64,000 nucleotides of DNA from Podarcis cretensis (taxonomy: Eukaryota), in contig OX638150.1 in assembly GCA_951804945.1 (NCBI GenBank), forward strand, positions 49,290,001-49,354,000, read 5' to 3'. The notes under the pieces were generated by a model. The model was not told the DNA's origin, made no database searches, and saw only the letters and a program-made list of their open reading frames with translations. This document shows, piece after piece, positions 12,138 to 25,700 of this stretch; position 1 is the first letter of the stretch, and each line of letters opens with the position of its first letter. A program made the position numbers and the translations under genes.

Positions 12138-15100
12138 TACACTGGGCATCCAAACACTGATCTGTCATAACTGAGAATGATTCCCAGCCTCCTCTCAATC
12201 TCCTAGCTGAAAAAGAGGGCTATGGATATGTGTAATGCAATTACATTATTTTAAATTTTGTTGTTAATGCTGTAACCCTCACCCCAAACAATAGAGCAGG
12301 GGATGATCATGTATTTCAGAGGTTTAGCACATGAATAGGAATAAGGCTTTGGATGAGGGGCAGGATCTTGGCAACCACCAATACTTGGCTGACTAGGAAG
12401 CTGCCCAGAATTTGTGAACTACTAAGTGTTATGTCTTAGCTCTTCAATTTGTGCTTGCTAGCAGATTCTAAGGTGGCCCTTTGTGATATCTTCAAGAAAA
12501 TAGGATGGATATAATGTATATGCCTCAAATCAGAATTCAGTCCAAATTGTTGCATCATTGGCTTTTCTGGGCAGCTATCCCATGGTTTTTATATGTGGTC
12601 CTAATTATTACTTGTAGAGTAATTGCAACTTAGATTATATTTTGCCACCTAGTTTTATATGAGGAACTATAAAAACTACATATAATTATAGGGTGGCATC
12701 AACTTCTCTTCCATATAAATTGTAGATAAGAGGTTCTGGGTTGGAAGGAAAGGGATCTACCCAGTAGCAAGTGATCAGCTGTAATACCGTATTTACTCAA
12801 ATCTAATGCTCACCTTGGCCGAATTACATTGTGAAAATTAAGGCGCAACTGGATAGATTGTATCTCTGCTTTGTTATTAAAATAATAAACCATGCATAGT
12901 TGTAGAGAGAGCAAAAAGTTTACTTGCTCTTTATATAAGATTTCTTCTTGAAACATATCTGAGATAAAGAAAAAAAAAACCTGCACAGTTGTGCTGTGTC
13001 TCCCTTCTGGCCCTGAAATCATTAATCTGAAGTGGTACAATGAAGATGAGTCACAGCCTAGATTTCCCAAGTTCCTTTCCATTCTTGTTGCGATAACAGG
13101 TTCAGGTGAGTTTTGAATGTTTTACTGTGATAGACTGTATTATACTAAGTCCTCAATCCTAAACATTGGGTAAAGCAAATTGAGCATAACAGGGCTTACT
13201 TCTCTGTAAATGTTATTTGTTGAGTATTTATAGTCTTCTTCCCAGAGCGGTTTATCACTCCCTTAATAAGGGAAGTCATAACCTACAGCCCAACAAAACT
13301 TGATCGCTATTAATTTTACCCTTTTATTTTGAGTAGGCATCTATGTGCAAACAAGCAAAAGCATCTATCTCGTATGTCTTTATTCCTGTTTCCTCTTCGA
13401 AGTGTAAAATAGCAGGAGTGCTTTGCTGCCAAGTCATCAGCTGTAGAAGAGTGTGTACAGTAAGATACCAGTTGAAATGCCCTGATTGTATACTATACAT
13501 AGTTAGCATAGAATTTTTAAAATGTTAATTTTACATAATGGAATTGGGTGTAAACTTTCCAAGAATCTAATATGCTGAGCTCCAAAGTTCATTAAAGCTT
13601 AGTAAACAATGATGGGGGGGGGACCCTTGCTTAATTATTATTGTGGCTTGGCTTGTATTGGAACGCAAAGAGAGACAAGAACTATGTTGGCCTTGGTTAC
13701 AGAGAGCCACTGTTCTTTGACAGGCTTGTAGGCTTTGGCAGCCATGGAAATAGTGAACAGCTGCTCCAAGTAGATTGAAAAGGATTTGCATTTCAATTAT
13801 CTCACCATGTGATTTTTACCTATTCTGGGAGGCAACAGTGAGTGTGATAGAAAAAGCTGAAGATTTTTTGGAGCAGAAAGAAGTAGATTATTTGCTAATT
13901 AAAAGTCACTGAATTTTAGTTTACTATATCTTAAGATGGAATACACTTAAAGGTGAGTTACTAGTCTTTTATCTACAAGATAGAATAACACTGAAAACAT
14001 TTCTTTTTGTTTTGTTTTTTTGTTTTCAGGGCTGTATTCTTAAGTTTGTTGTTAATGTATAGTGGATGTCTAAAAGTGGGATTTTGTGTTCCTGCTCCAG
14101 TCCTCCCCGCCTCCAAACAACAACAACAAAATGCAATTCAAGCTGTTAATTGAGTTTTAAAAATCCATCACAAAGCTTTTGGTTTTGTATTGATACTATA
14201 TTTCTTCTTTAGTGACACTTCATGATTATCAAGCAAAAATATCACTCAGTTTCTACTTTGAAAATGCACAGGAGTTGCTGAAAGCCCAAAATGGAGATTA
14301 TCATGGAGATTACAATGCAGACGGAAGCTACCTAGCCTAATCAAGTTGAAGTGGATAAAGACGCTTATGGTCACTGTGACTGTGTAAGTAACAGCTAATG
14401 TTAGAAAACATCTTTTACAATTCACAGAAACTGAAATTGCAAGCTAGATGCACTTTGCGTGTGCATCACCATTTGTTAGTAATGAGAGCCGTGTATAAGG
14501 GCCGTGCACAGCGCCCCCCCCCCCCCGCCCCTGATCAGGCCAGTCTGCCCAGGAACCACCCCCAACCACCACATTACTTAGACAGTATAGTTTGGAAAAA
14601 GAGCTTTTGTTTTTCTTCTTTCCATGTCCCATTATTAAAGATACTCTTGTGGTTAGCAGCTATATCTGGTTGAGTTTAAAAACTAAATACTAGGGATGGG
14701 GAAGATGTGAGCAGAGGGGGCAACAGACAGCTGTTGTTGCTAACAAGTAAAAGTAACAGCTAGTTTGGCCCTGTCTGGAAACTTAGCTTTGCAGTTTCTG
14801 TTGTACTCATCCCTGAGAGGAACCTTCTGTTTTAAAGTTACAAACAGTGCCACCTGAAAAGCGTTAAAAAGTGCAAATTAGTTAGTGCTACAGCATTGTG
14901 CTTCTAGCTTGGACAAAGATTTTCCCCATTATATTGTCTTGTTTTATATGCAGTTAGGTGCAGTTTTGCTGGAAAAATACTCAGGGGCAGTTGCCCACCT
15001 ACCTGGTAATCATGTATTTGTGCTTATCCTGTCATTCCACTGCCTTGCCCCTGCTCTTTGGGATTAAAGGTCCCTTGATGTTTTAACTACAGTAGATAAA

Positions 15101-15478
15101 TGTCCTTCCCATTTTCTCACTTTGTTAAAGGGCTAGTCAGTATCTGATCTGGTGTCAAGATATGAGTGCCAAACACATGGCTGTTTCTCCGCTGTCCCCA
15201 ATCATTAAAAGACTTCTGGCTCTGGATTAAAAACTCCTGTGCATGTGTCCCTAAATCTAGAGACAGTTTCCCTTTAATGCTGAGCATGTATGACTGATGA
15301 AGTCTGTTGTCTATTCTTTAAAGAGCTAGGCACGTGTAGCCTCCATGGCATGGCCCTCTTGTTTAAAACCACAAGTTTATCAGAGCTCTTATGTGTAAAA
15401 GCTGAATTAACAAAATAGGCTTAATATTGTTAATTGTTTCCTTCATTTACATACAGTACAGTGTGAGTTTTAAGGAAA

Positions 15479-15643
15479 ATGGAGCCGGATCAAGAAACAA
15501 TTTCACGTCTCCGACGTCAGCTCAAAGAAGCTGAGGAGGAAAGAAGAAAGGCAGCACAATATGGTTTAGATCTGGTGGAGAGCGAGAGCTTGTTACAGAA
15601 TCAGCTAGATAAATTGCAGAATGAAATAGTCACCATAACGGAG
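15479..15643 (+). CDS. SPDL1: SPDL1 coding exon 1 (MEPDQETISRLRRQLKEAEEERRKAAQYG...ITE), CC1 box
   Basis: ATG in AAAATGG context; acceptor CAG ending at 15456 or 15461; donor GAG|GTGAGC; 165 nt. Confidence 0.95.
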
Positions 15644-18600
15644 GTGAGCTTTTAAACAATCAACAGAAAGTTGCTCTCCCTAGATTGATTCCACTCTACC
15701 TACTGATGGAAGCATGAATGCCAAAGCTGTTAGTCATTAAATTTAAAATATTTAACATGTAAGAAGAGTATCTAGCAAACTGTGCCAGAGCTTGATAGCG
15801 AACCATAAAATCCAATCTTCTCATAGTGCTACTGTACCTATAAGATAATTGAAAGAGCAGCCAACATGTTGCTAGAGTGGAAGCCTCATTAAACCCAGAC
15901 TTCTCAGACCTATTTCTGGATCAATGTGTACAGAATACCTATTGCAAAAACTTCCAGGTTTACCAAAGCCTTTTAGTAGTACCTCAACAACAAACGTGAC
16001 TTCAGGTTGTTGTTTTTTTAAAGAAAAACAAGCTGTACCCTATCCTGCTATTTAGCATGAAGTGGACAAAACATGGCACTGCATGAGAAGCATTAGCAGC
16101 CTGGTACTATTGAGAGCTGCTTGGGACCCCCAATGATATGTGCAGGGTAGTTCACAAGGTCATCTGGCTCTGCCTAAATTGTTTTAAGAGGATTCACAGG
16201 ATACAGCACTATCTGTACTAACAGATAACATGGAAGTTTATGAAATCAGATACTGTACAAATTATCAACTGCTACAAAAGATTCTTGCTCTTAAAAGAGT
16301 TTGGCTGCAGGTCGATGCACTTTGGGAGGAAGTAAATGGGACTTGCTTCTGGGTAAATATGCATGGGAAACGTGCTGCTGGGGTGGGGGGAGAAAGATGG
16401 AAGCCAAGTAATGGAAATATCTCTCCTCACCTGGATTTTACTCACTACCTCAATGTCATGTATAGGATAAAGCAAATCTGTTAATGACACAGTAGCTATG
16501 AGACATGCTCTGACAATTTTCTGCCTGCTAAAGCTAAAGGCAGCACATATTGCCTGTGGTGAGGCATGCTTGTGAAGAGGTAGGCAGCATAAGATGTGTA
16601 CAGCAACAAAGTTTAGTTTTTGAAGTCCCTCTCTGCTGTTGGGAGAAAGGAGCACAAGCTTCCCATAAGCCTAGTTCCTGATGTTTGGTTGGGGTAGCTG
16701 GGTGTGCATGGGTGGGTGGACAAGAAGGAAGACCAGTCTTCCATGTTTGCATGTCTCATAGGCCATCACAGGGGCCTATGAAACTCCTTCATTATTTAAT
16801 ACCTTGTCTCACATAAAATAAGGCTGATTTTTTAAAAAAGCAATCCCTGCCACATGATGAAAACTGTACCTCTGCCTGCATCTGGGTGCACTGTGTTTGT
16901 GGTGCTTTGTGCATACTCTTGGACCTCAGGTGATCTCTTTTGGTGGGTGAAATAGAAAAGAAGGCTTGGGAAACCCAAGTGTGTACGGGGACCTTTCCAT
17001 CCTTGCTAAGGCCTATACTTTTGACCACACACTTAATGGAAGGTCCTTTAAAAACAGTTTTCTATCTGCACTGTAAATGTGAAATTTATTTTTCAGAATT
17101 TTGAACAAGAAAAATATACTCTCCAGAGAGAAGTAGAACTAAAGAACAGAATGCTAGAAAGTATGAACCTTGAATGTGAAACACTTAAGCAACACCAAAA
17201 TATACAATTAGATACACTACGTGAACAACTAGTAAGAATGCATGGACAAGAAACAAATGAACTTAAGAATAAGGTTGGTGATAGAATACATATTACTTGC
17301 AGCAGGTGATACCTTAAAGCAATTATTAATGCCTATCTTGAAAGTGTTATAAACATAATTTGGTTGCTGACAAAGCTGTTTTGAATAGATGAGTGATAAA
17401 GAGCCATTTATTAAGAGTGGTAATTAGACACTTATAGGTGTATGATTACATAGTGTATGATAGAATTATGGTATTTTTGTTTGGGATTCTGAACAATGTT
17501 TTTCTAATGACAGCATATATCATAATCTTAAAATCCTATTTAGTTCAGATGTGCTTGAGTTGGGCAAATACTAAGGAAGCGATGGCTTCCTTATCGTATA
17601 TTGATAGGATATTGATGGGAATGGGAGACCTCCTGGGAACAGTATGCATGCTGCCTTCAGTTCCATGATGGAAGAGAGTGGATATAAATGTAATAAATAA
17701 TGAATTGCTTAAGCTATTTGGAAAAATCAGCTCACAAGTGGGTAGAGGGACATGCTTAAAGGTCTCTGAACTCAAAAGGTGTTTTCTCTGGGTGCTGTTT
17801 TGAAGATGGAAAAACTGAAATCTGAACTAGAGGAAACGCTTCTTAGTGAGAAACAGTCGAAACACAAAGTGGAGCATCTGAAGGAGGTCCTTGCTTCTAA
17901 AACAGAAGAACTGCGCATGATGTCAGAGCGTGTACATGAAACCATGTCTTCAGAAGTGCTCAATCTTCAACTTGAGCTGGTGGCACTTGAACAGGCAAAG
18001 GTATGCAGCAAATTAGTGTGAATAAAGTATTTAATAATAATAATAAGCCACAGATAAAATCACCCTTCCTGCTATATAAATTTGATCATGGTCTAATATC
18101 CTTAAAAGCACTAGTACTAATATTCATCTCTGCTTCAGGTTGCAGTCCTTGCCTTGTACAAATAATTGAAAAGGCAAAATAGTATTCCATAATATACAAT
18201 TAGAAAGTAAATTACTCATGGTATCTAAATTTTGTGATAGGCAGACCTTGAGGACAGGTTACATGATCTTCAGTACAGCAAGGAGCAACTAGAACTTGGA
18301 AACAGCAATCTGACTAATCGACTGGCACGTCTCGAAGAGGAGAGAGAAGACAGAGAAAAAGATATTGTTTCATACTGTAACGCGTTAGAGGTGACGTATC
18401 ATGCTTCCTACCGATAGTGATGGTGAAAATAACACTACACATTTAATGCTGAAACAGCAAGCTTATTTTCTAACCAAGGCTGTTATAGCTGAAATACTGC
18501 CTGACACCAGGTTGAATATTTGACATTGTATGGGTGCAGTAACATTCAAATGCTGTTTGCAGTCATGAGAAGCCTCTTGTGGCTTTGCACTCATGAAGGT

Positions 18601-19696
18601 GGGGAAGTTGCATCAGTTTTTCTTTCATTTTCCTTAGATGTGACTTAAGAGCAGGCTCTCTGTGCTTTTGTAGTAGTAATGACAGATTTATTGCATTAAC
18701 TATTGAACAAAACAACAGTGATCCTGAAAGTGAACTCCACAAATCAATAAGAGCATGTGTTACACTACAACACAAATTTAGTTGTGAAAATGTAACGGAG
18801 ATCTAACGATTTTCCTTGACTCAATTTTAGAAAGCTCATGAAGTAAATAGAGACCTTCAGCTTCAGCTTGACCATGCACGGCAAGAAGCCCTGGATCCTT
18901 CCAGTAAAGGCAATTCCTTATTCGCTGAGGTACTCATCTTATTTTTGTTAACAGAAAATGTATATGTGGGCCATTCTTATGACACTTGGAATCAAAGGGT
19001 CTGTTGGCTGTGTGGGATGAGGGAGGGTATTTAGTTTTATTTCAGTTAGTTTATTTCTTATAGTGGTTCTGTGTATGTTAGTTTGCTGGGTGAGGGAAGT
19101 ATAATAGTGTAAAGCAACCGTATCAGCATACTTTATTCAATACAGTAATAACTTTCCCTGATTATATATTTACTTATTCTTGAAAACCTAATAAGATTAT
19201 TTTTTAAAAAAGACAGGAAAGTATATATGTCAAAGATTTTTAGAAAGTATGTTTCTGGTTGTACAGGCGTCTTGCATTTGCTCACTTCAAAAACTGACCA
19301 ATGTATTTGAATCTTTTGTACAGTTTAAAGTCAGAATAATACTTGGAACAAATATTTTAGTTCACTATACTTTACAGTTATTGAGCTTAATGCCTTTTCA
19401 TAGTAGAAATACTTCAAGACGGCCATGTCATTGCAAAAATCCTCTGGATTGGTTGAAGTAGTTCTGTTGAAGTGTTTCCACATGTTGAATTAGTGTGCCA
19501 GGTGCCTGCAGATTGGGCATGCTGATTTCTGTTAGTCTAAACAGTCCAGGACCATAAATACAGGTAGCACAACAGCAGTAATTCAGAACACCTAGTAAGG
19601 AAATAACTCTTTGAGTTGTGTCCTGTCCAACTCCCAAAGCTGGATCTGCAGGAACCACTATCTGAAAGAAAGAATTAGAACATCATGGGTGGATGC

Positions 19697-19738
<42 letters not shown>

Positions 19739-22700
19739 GTTATATGCTGAGTCAGTGTGTATTGCCCTAACAAATATTGGTGCTTAATTGAAGGGTTGAA
19801 CTTTTATGTCTGAGTGCATGAAATCTTTGTGGTGGTGGTAATATATAACTACTTAATGACTTTACATATATTAAATATAAAGTATTCCTTCAAATGCTTG
19901 TAGAAATGTTTCTGCCAGGTTTCATGGCAACGAATTATTTTGCTACTACAGTGGTACCTCGGGTTAAGTACTTAATTCGTTCCGGAGGTCCGTTCTTAAC
20001 CTGAAACTGTTCTTAACCTGAAGCACCACTTTAGCTAATGGGGCCTCCTGCTGCTGCCACGCCGCCGGAGCACAATTTCTGTTCTCATCCTGAAGCAAAG
20101 TTCTTATTTCTGGGTTAGTGGAGTCTGTAACCTGAAGTGCCTGTAACCCGAGGTACCACTGTAATCTGGCCAGTACTTCATGCAAATGGTACAGATGTTT
20201 CTATTGACATGGTGATTAATAAAGCAAAGATATCCAATGACACTAACATACAAGATAGTGTGAAAGACAAATTACTATGGTTTCATTACTAATAGTTTCT
20301 AAAGTATAAAATTTTAAATGATACCGGAACCAACTTTACAGTTTTTTTCCCTTAATGTGTTGTAGGTAGAGGACCGTAGAGCAGAAATGGAGCGTCAGTT
20401 GATCAGTATGAAAGTAAAATATCAGTTGCTACAAAATCAGTATTCTTTCACTAGAGAACAGCAGCAAAGACTGAAGGTATGATTAAGTCAACATTTCCTT
20501 TGTTAGAAATTGAAAGACTATAAGATAGGAATTAAAAGTATGTGTGCTAGAGTTCTTTACTCTCTGAGACATTTATTTTTCATATACGTAAATGATAGAA
20601 TTGGGTTTTTAAAAAAGTGATTTAAGATGTGGGGAATGTTCTAAAAACTCAGCTTGGAGAAATGAGCACTGTTTAAGAAGCTGAGCAATAAAGACCTTTA
20701 GTAGTTGTTGTGTAATTTGAGATCGTAAACAAGGCTTCTTTTGAGTTGCTGTTCGCATACTGCTTTTCTACAAATTTGCTCAGAGTGGCTGACAACAATG
20801 CTTCAAATGTCATTTTACTTAAAATTACTATAAACAAATCGCAGTGTTTGTACACTAGAAGACTCTTTCTTGTAGGGGTCTTCCAAATGCCATTGTCAGC
20901 TCACTATTAGTTTGATATGCCTCTCTGGGATAAACTTTGGTGAAATAAGCCTATGGAATGGAGGGGCAGTGGAGGAAATTTCAAGTGATAACATTGTGTT
21001 CTGGTAAATTAGCTAGCAGCTACTAGCAAGCAGCTCATGCATGGCTATTGTTGAATAGATGATGGAGGCTGGTAAAAATGCACGAATGAATTTTCATTAA
21101 CTTTAAGCAGCTGAGACCAATGATGTATTACACAGAGCTTTTCAGCCAACAATCAGTTTCAAAAGCAATTTGACATGTGGTATGGAGTACACAGGGAAAA
21201 CCAAGTTCAAAACTTCTTTGAGTTCAGATAACTAGTGTCTTGGTGTTCTGAATCTTGGTCATTCTGTTCTGGGACTTGAGTTGCATTAATGTGTACTGTA
21301 ACAGAATATTTGTAAAAGTGCCAACCTAATATTTGGTTTATCTTGTAGCTACAGATGGCTGCTCTTCTACGGATGAAAGGTTCGCAAGGGGAGCATGATC
21401 AGCTGGAACGTTTGCAAAGCATGCTTCAACAAAAGAATGGTGAAATAGAAGAACTTCTAATGAAAGTGAAGCAACTGGAAAAGCCCATGGTATATGCATG
21501 GAGAATAAAATTCTGGTTTTGTTTTTTTAAAGTATTAGTAATTGGGTAAGGAAGCACATACAACTGTGTTGGAAAACATTGCACAGTAAGCACAGAACCA
21601 GGTAATCTGGATCGCTGACTTGACAATGACCATGCATTGTGCATCTGATTGAAACAGAATGTTACTAATTGTATGACAAGTATTTATGCCAGGTAGTAAA
21701 TGGAAAAAACTACATTTACAGAATTACAGTGGTACCTCTGGTTCATTCCTGAGGTCCATTCTTAACCTGAGGTACCACTTTAGCTAATGGGGCCTCCTTC
21801 CTCTGCCGTGCTGCCGGTGCACAATTTCTCTTCTCATCCTGAGGTAAAGTTCTTAACCCAAGGTACTACTTCCGGGTTAGCGGAGTCTGTAACCCAAAGT
21901 GTTTGTAACCCAAGGTGTTTGTAACTTGAGGTACCACTGTATCTAAATATAACTGAAATAATCTGGATGTTGAGTTGATCCAGCTCCTTGGAGCATTATT
22001 TGGAGCCTCAAAACTATTTACCATGCACACTCGGGAGCCTGCAGTCACAACTGATGGTATGTGCCCATTTCTAACAAGATACATCTTCCATGTCCAAGTT
22101 CTGAGCCCTTCTCATTTCAGATATATTTCAATAAGTTCTAATTAGAGTTTAAAGATGTATATAATATTCTCTGGCATCCTCTTTTATTTGTGCTCCAGGG
22201 TTGAACACTTTCTGAAAAAGTACAAGGAATGAGTCCTGGTTTAAATGAAGTACAGTTGCCTGGAGTAAAACTGTACTCTTGTATGCTTGGTTATGCTCAG
22301 TGTCACATATTCCTGACTGGAGAGCAGAAGTCAACCTTATTTGTATAAGCAAGAAGAGATTGATCAAACTGTCCATTGTAAATTTTAACACCTGTGGTAT
22401 TATTTAACACCCGAAACATATTTTGGGACATGCTGAGGAATTGCTGAATGGTTGCCATTTATTACTTTAGTTTTGCCCTTGGTAGATAACACCTTCAGTA
22501 GTGATTCCAGAAAGTACTGAACAGAAAGGTGTGCTTCAGCTTTCCAGCAGGCGATACAAAGCCAGTCTGGCTTGGCTCTGAGGTAGACCAAATTGGGATG
22601 AGAATTTGGTATAGCAACTTCCTCTGCTGATATGCAGCGTAATTGATTATTACATTTGAATGATATACACTTCTGTCAGTGTTGTCTATGTGAAAAAGTT

Positions 22701-25700
22701 TCCTCTTTGCCATTAATATTCAAACCCAAATGACTGAAATGGCAAAAGGAAAAGAGCTCATTTTTTTTTTTTTTTAATAATTATCTTCCCAGAAGTCTGA
22801 AAATTCAAAAGCGCTGAAACTTTCAAGCACTTCAGAATATGCAGAATCTGAAGATGGATATTACACCGATTTGCTTCAGATGAAACTTGAGAATTCAGAG
22901 TAAGTCTTGTGAATTAGAAATGTAGTATTAAAACCTCACAGCTGGTTATAGAAACTGACAACCTGATTCTGAGTCTGGTCTAGTGGTTTGAGTGTGGAGT
23001 AGGAACTAGGAGCCCAGCGTTCAAATCTCTGCTTAGCCATGAAACTCACTGGGTGATCTTGGGTCAGTCAGTCTGTCGGCCTAACTTCCCTCACAGGGGT
23101 TTTGTGAGAATAAATTGTAGAGGAAGAGAACCATATACGAGACCTTGCGGTCCTTTGAGGAAAGATGGGAAATAAATGAGATACATAATAAATACAAATA
23201 AACCAAACCTATTTAGTTAAAGTTAAGTATTGTTTCATAATTCTGAGACAAATTTACTAGTCAGAACCCCATTCTCTCTTCCAGACAGGTAGTGAAAACA
23301 TAGGAGTAATGGTAGAAACATGGTAACACTGACAGCCTGTTCCACAGTGTCTTTCCAACTTTGTCACAACCATCATATTAAGTTGCACATTGATGTCCCC
23401 ACATCCATGCAAGGAAAACGCAAATCAAATAAGGCAGCAGCATGAACCTGTTCTTGTTTATCTTACCATATGTAACTCCTAAATGGATCTGCTAATTCTA
23501 TTGTATTCTGGCCCACTAGTAATCTATTTTACAAACGTTTGCTGCTAGTCAATCTGTAGTTTATCTTAATAATATGCACACATTATTGGAATAAATGGGA
23601 TAGGAGGATTTTTTTCCTGGTTCTGAAAGGTGGTGAGTTCAAGGCTGGAATGGTAAGAACGCTAGTAACGTAATGTTAATGCAACTATGTATTTCAGTAT
23701 TCATACAGATAATTTATTTTGCAGAAAAGAGATAGAAAATTTGAAAAGTGAATTGTCGCTACAGCGGATGAAGGCTCTGTTTGAGAGTCAACGCGTCTTG
23801 GAGATGGAAAGGAAGCTCTTTGCAAAGGAAAGACAACTTGAGGCCTCTCAAAGTGAGAGCATAAATTTGCGTGTGATGCTGGATGAATTGAGAATAAAGT
23901 ATCAACCTGAAGGTAACAATTTATGTTCCCTTATTTTGTATGTATAGTATGTGAATGGGGAGAGCCATATGATTTAATTTGCGCTTTGCAGGTATCCTGG
24001 AATAAGTTTGTTATGTGTTGGGTAGCTTCCCTGCCCCCATCCCTGGTGTGATGTTATGGCATAATGTGACCAGTGTCAGTTACGTACCGTATTTTTGCCT
24101 CCATCCAATAAAGCTGATCAATGCTGGTAGGAAAACAGAGAGGTTAGATAGCGTAGCGTTTTTTGGCCTTGACATATGCTCAGTTACCTTCTGTTCAAAG
24201 GTTTCTCTTCATCCTTATCCTCTTTCCTTGCTGTGAATCAGCTGTGTAGTGGTTATAAAGCAGTGTTATTAATGCAGTAAAGCCCACTGCTCATGAGGAG
24301 GTCTGTTGTATGTGTTTGCCCAAAAGTTTTTCAAGGACCTGCATCAATTAGTTACATGTCTGACTTTTATTCTGTTCTAATGTATGTAAAAAAGAAGAAC
24401 TTGCAATTTGATTAATTGCAAAGATTGAAGCGTTTGACATTTTTTAGAAAATGAGTTTATTTTGTGTAACATGATGCATCACAGGGTGTTTTTTGTTATT
24501 ACACGAGGTCAGCAGTTGTCAACTTTTTTGGGCTAGTGAGCACAAAATGGTAGCTGTGGAGTGGGTACGGCATAATAGAAAATGGCTGTTCCTGGGACTG
24601 GCATAATAGAAAATTAGAGAGACAACCACTACCAATAACCTTATGTTTACAATGAGATGTCAGCTATGTGCTGCTGATCCTTATTATGGACATTAGACAA
24701 ACTAATGCTATTGCTATCTAATACCAGGAAGCATTCCTCACCACCAGGAGAAGTATACAATGTAGCCACACCACTCTCATTTCACAGAAATTGCTTAAAT
24801 GCTACCTGCACATTTTGCTCCATAACTTTCTAGGAAGATGAGACACTTTTTTAAAAAGATGAAAGCTCAAATTTTGGGAAACCATTGGAAACCTTCGTGG
24901 TCAGCCCAGTGTTATATAGTATTTTAGAGATACTGGGTGGTATTCAACAGTTCATTATTTCCAATGGGTCTACTCAGAATAAAACTTAGTTGAATACGAC
25001 CTATCAAATATGTATTTTGCTAATAAAAGAATAAATGCACTACATCTGTACAATACTTGTATGGCTGCAAGAAATATTAGCCCTTTGACTCAATTATCAA
25101 CCTATATAATATAATCCAGCAGCCTCATCTATAAGTTGGATCCATCCACAAGCATGGGGAGGAATAATACTAGTTTATCAATAACTAAAATGTTATAGTA
25201 CAGTGGTGCCTCGCAAGACGAAATTAATCCGTTCCGTGAGGCTCTTCGTATAGCGGTTTTTTCGTCTTGCGAAGCAAGCCCATTGACAGCTTAGCGGATT
25301 AGCGCTATTAGCGGTTTAGCGGCTTTTAGCGGATCAGCTGGTAAGTGGCTTATCAGTGGATCAGCTGATAAGCGGCTTAGGGCTTAGGAAAAGGGGGGAA
25401 AAAGGGGAAAAACCCCTCAGGAACTCGCAAGACATTTTTGTCTTGCAAAGCAAGCCCATAGGGAAATTCGTTTTGCGAAGCGCCTCCAAAACGGAAAACC
25501 CTTTCGTCTAGCGGGTTTTCCGTCTTGCGAGGCGTTCGTCTTGCGGGGCACCACTGTAATGTACATTGAAATAATCTTCCAATTTATTCTGTCTCTTGAC
25601 TTTTAATTCCACTTAAGTTTGATACATTTGTACCATTTTAAAAAGTAAATATTCCTTTTACCTTTCTAGTTGTTTGCTTTGAGTTGGTGTGCAGCCACCA

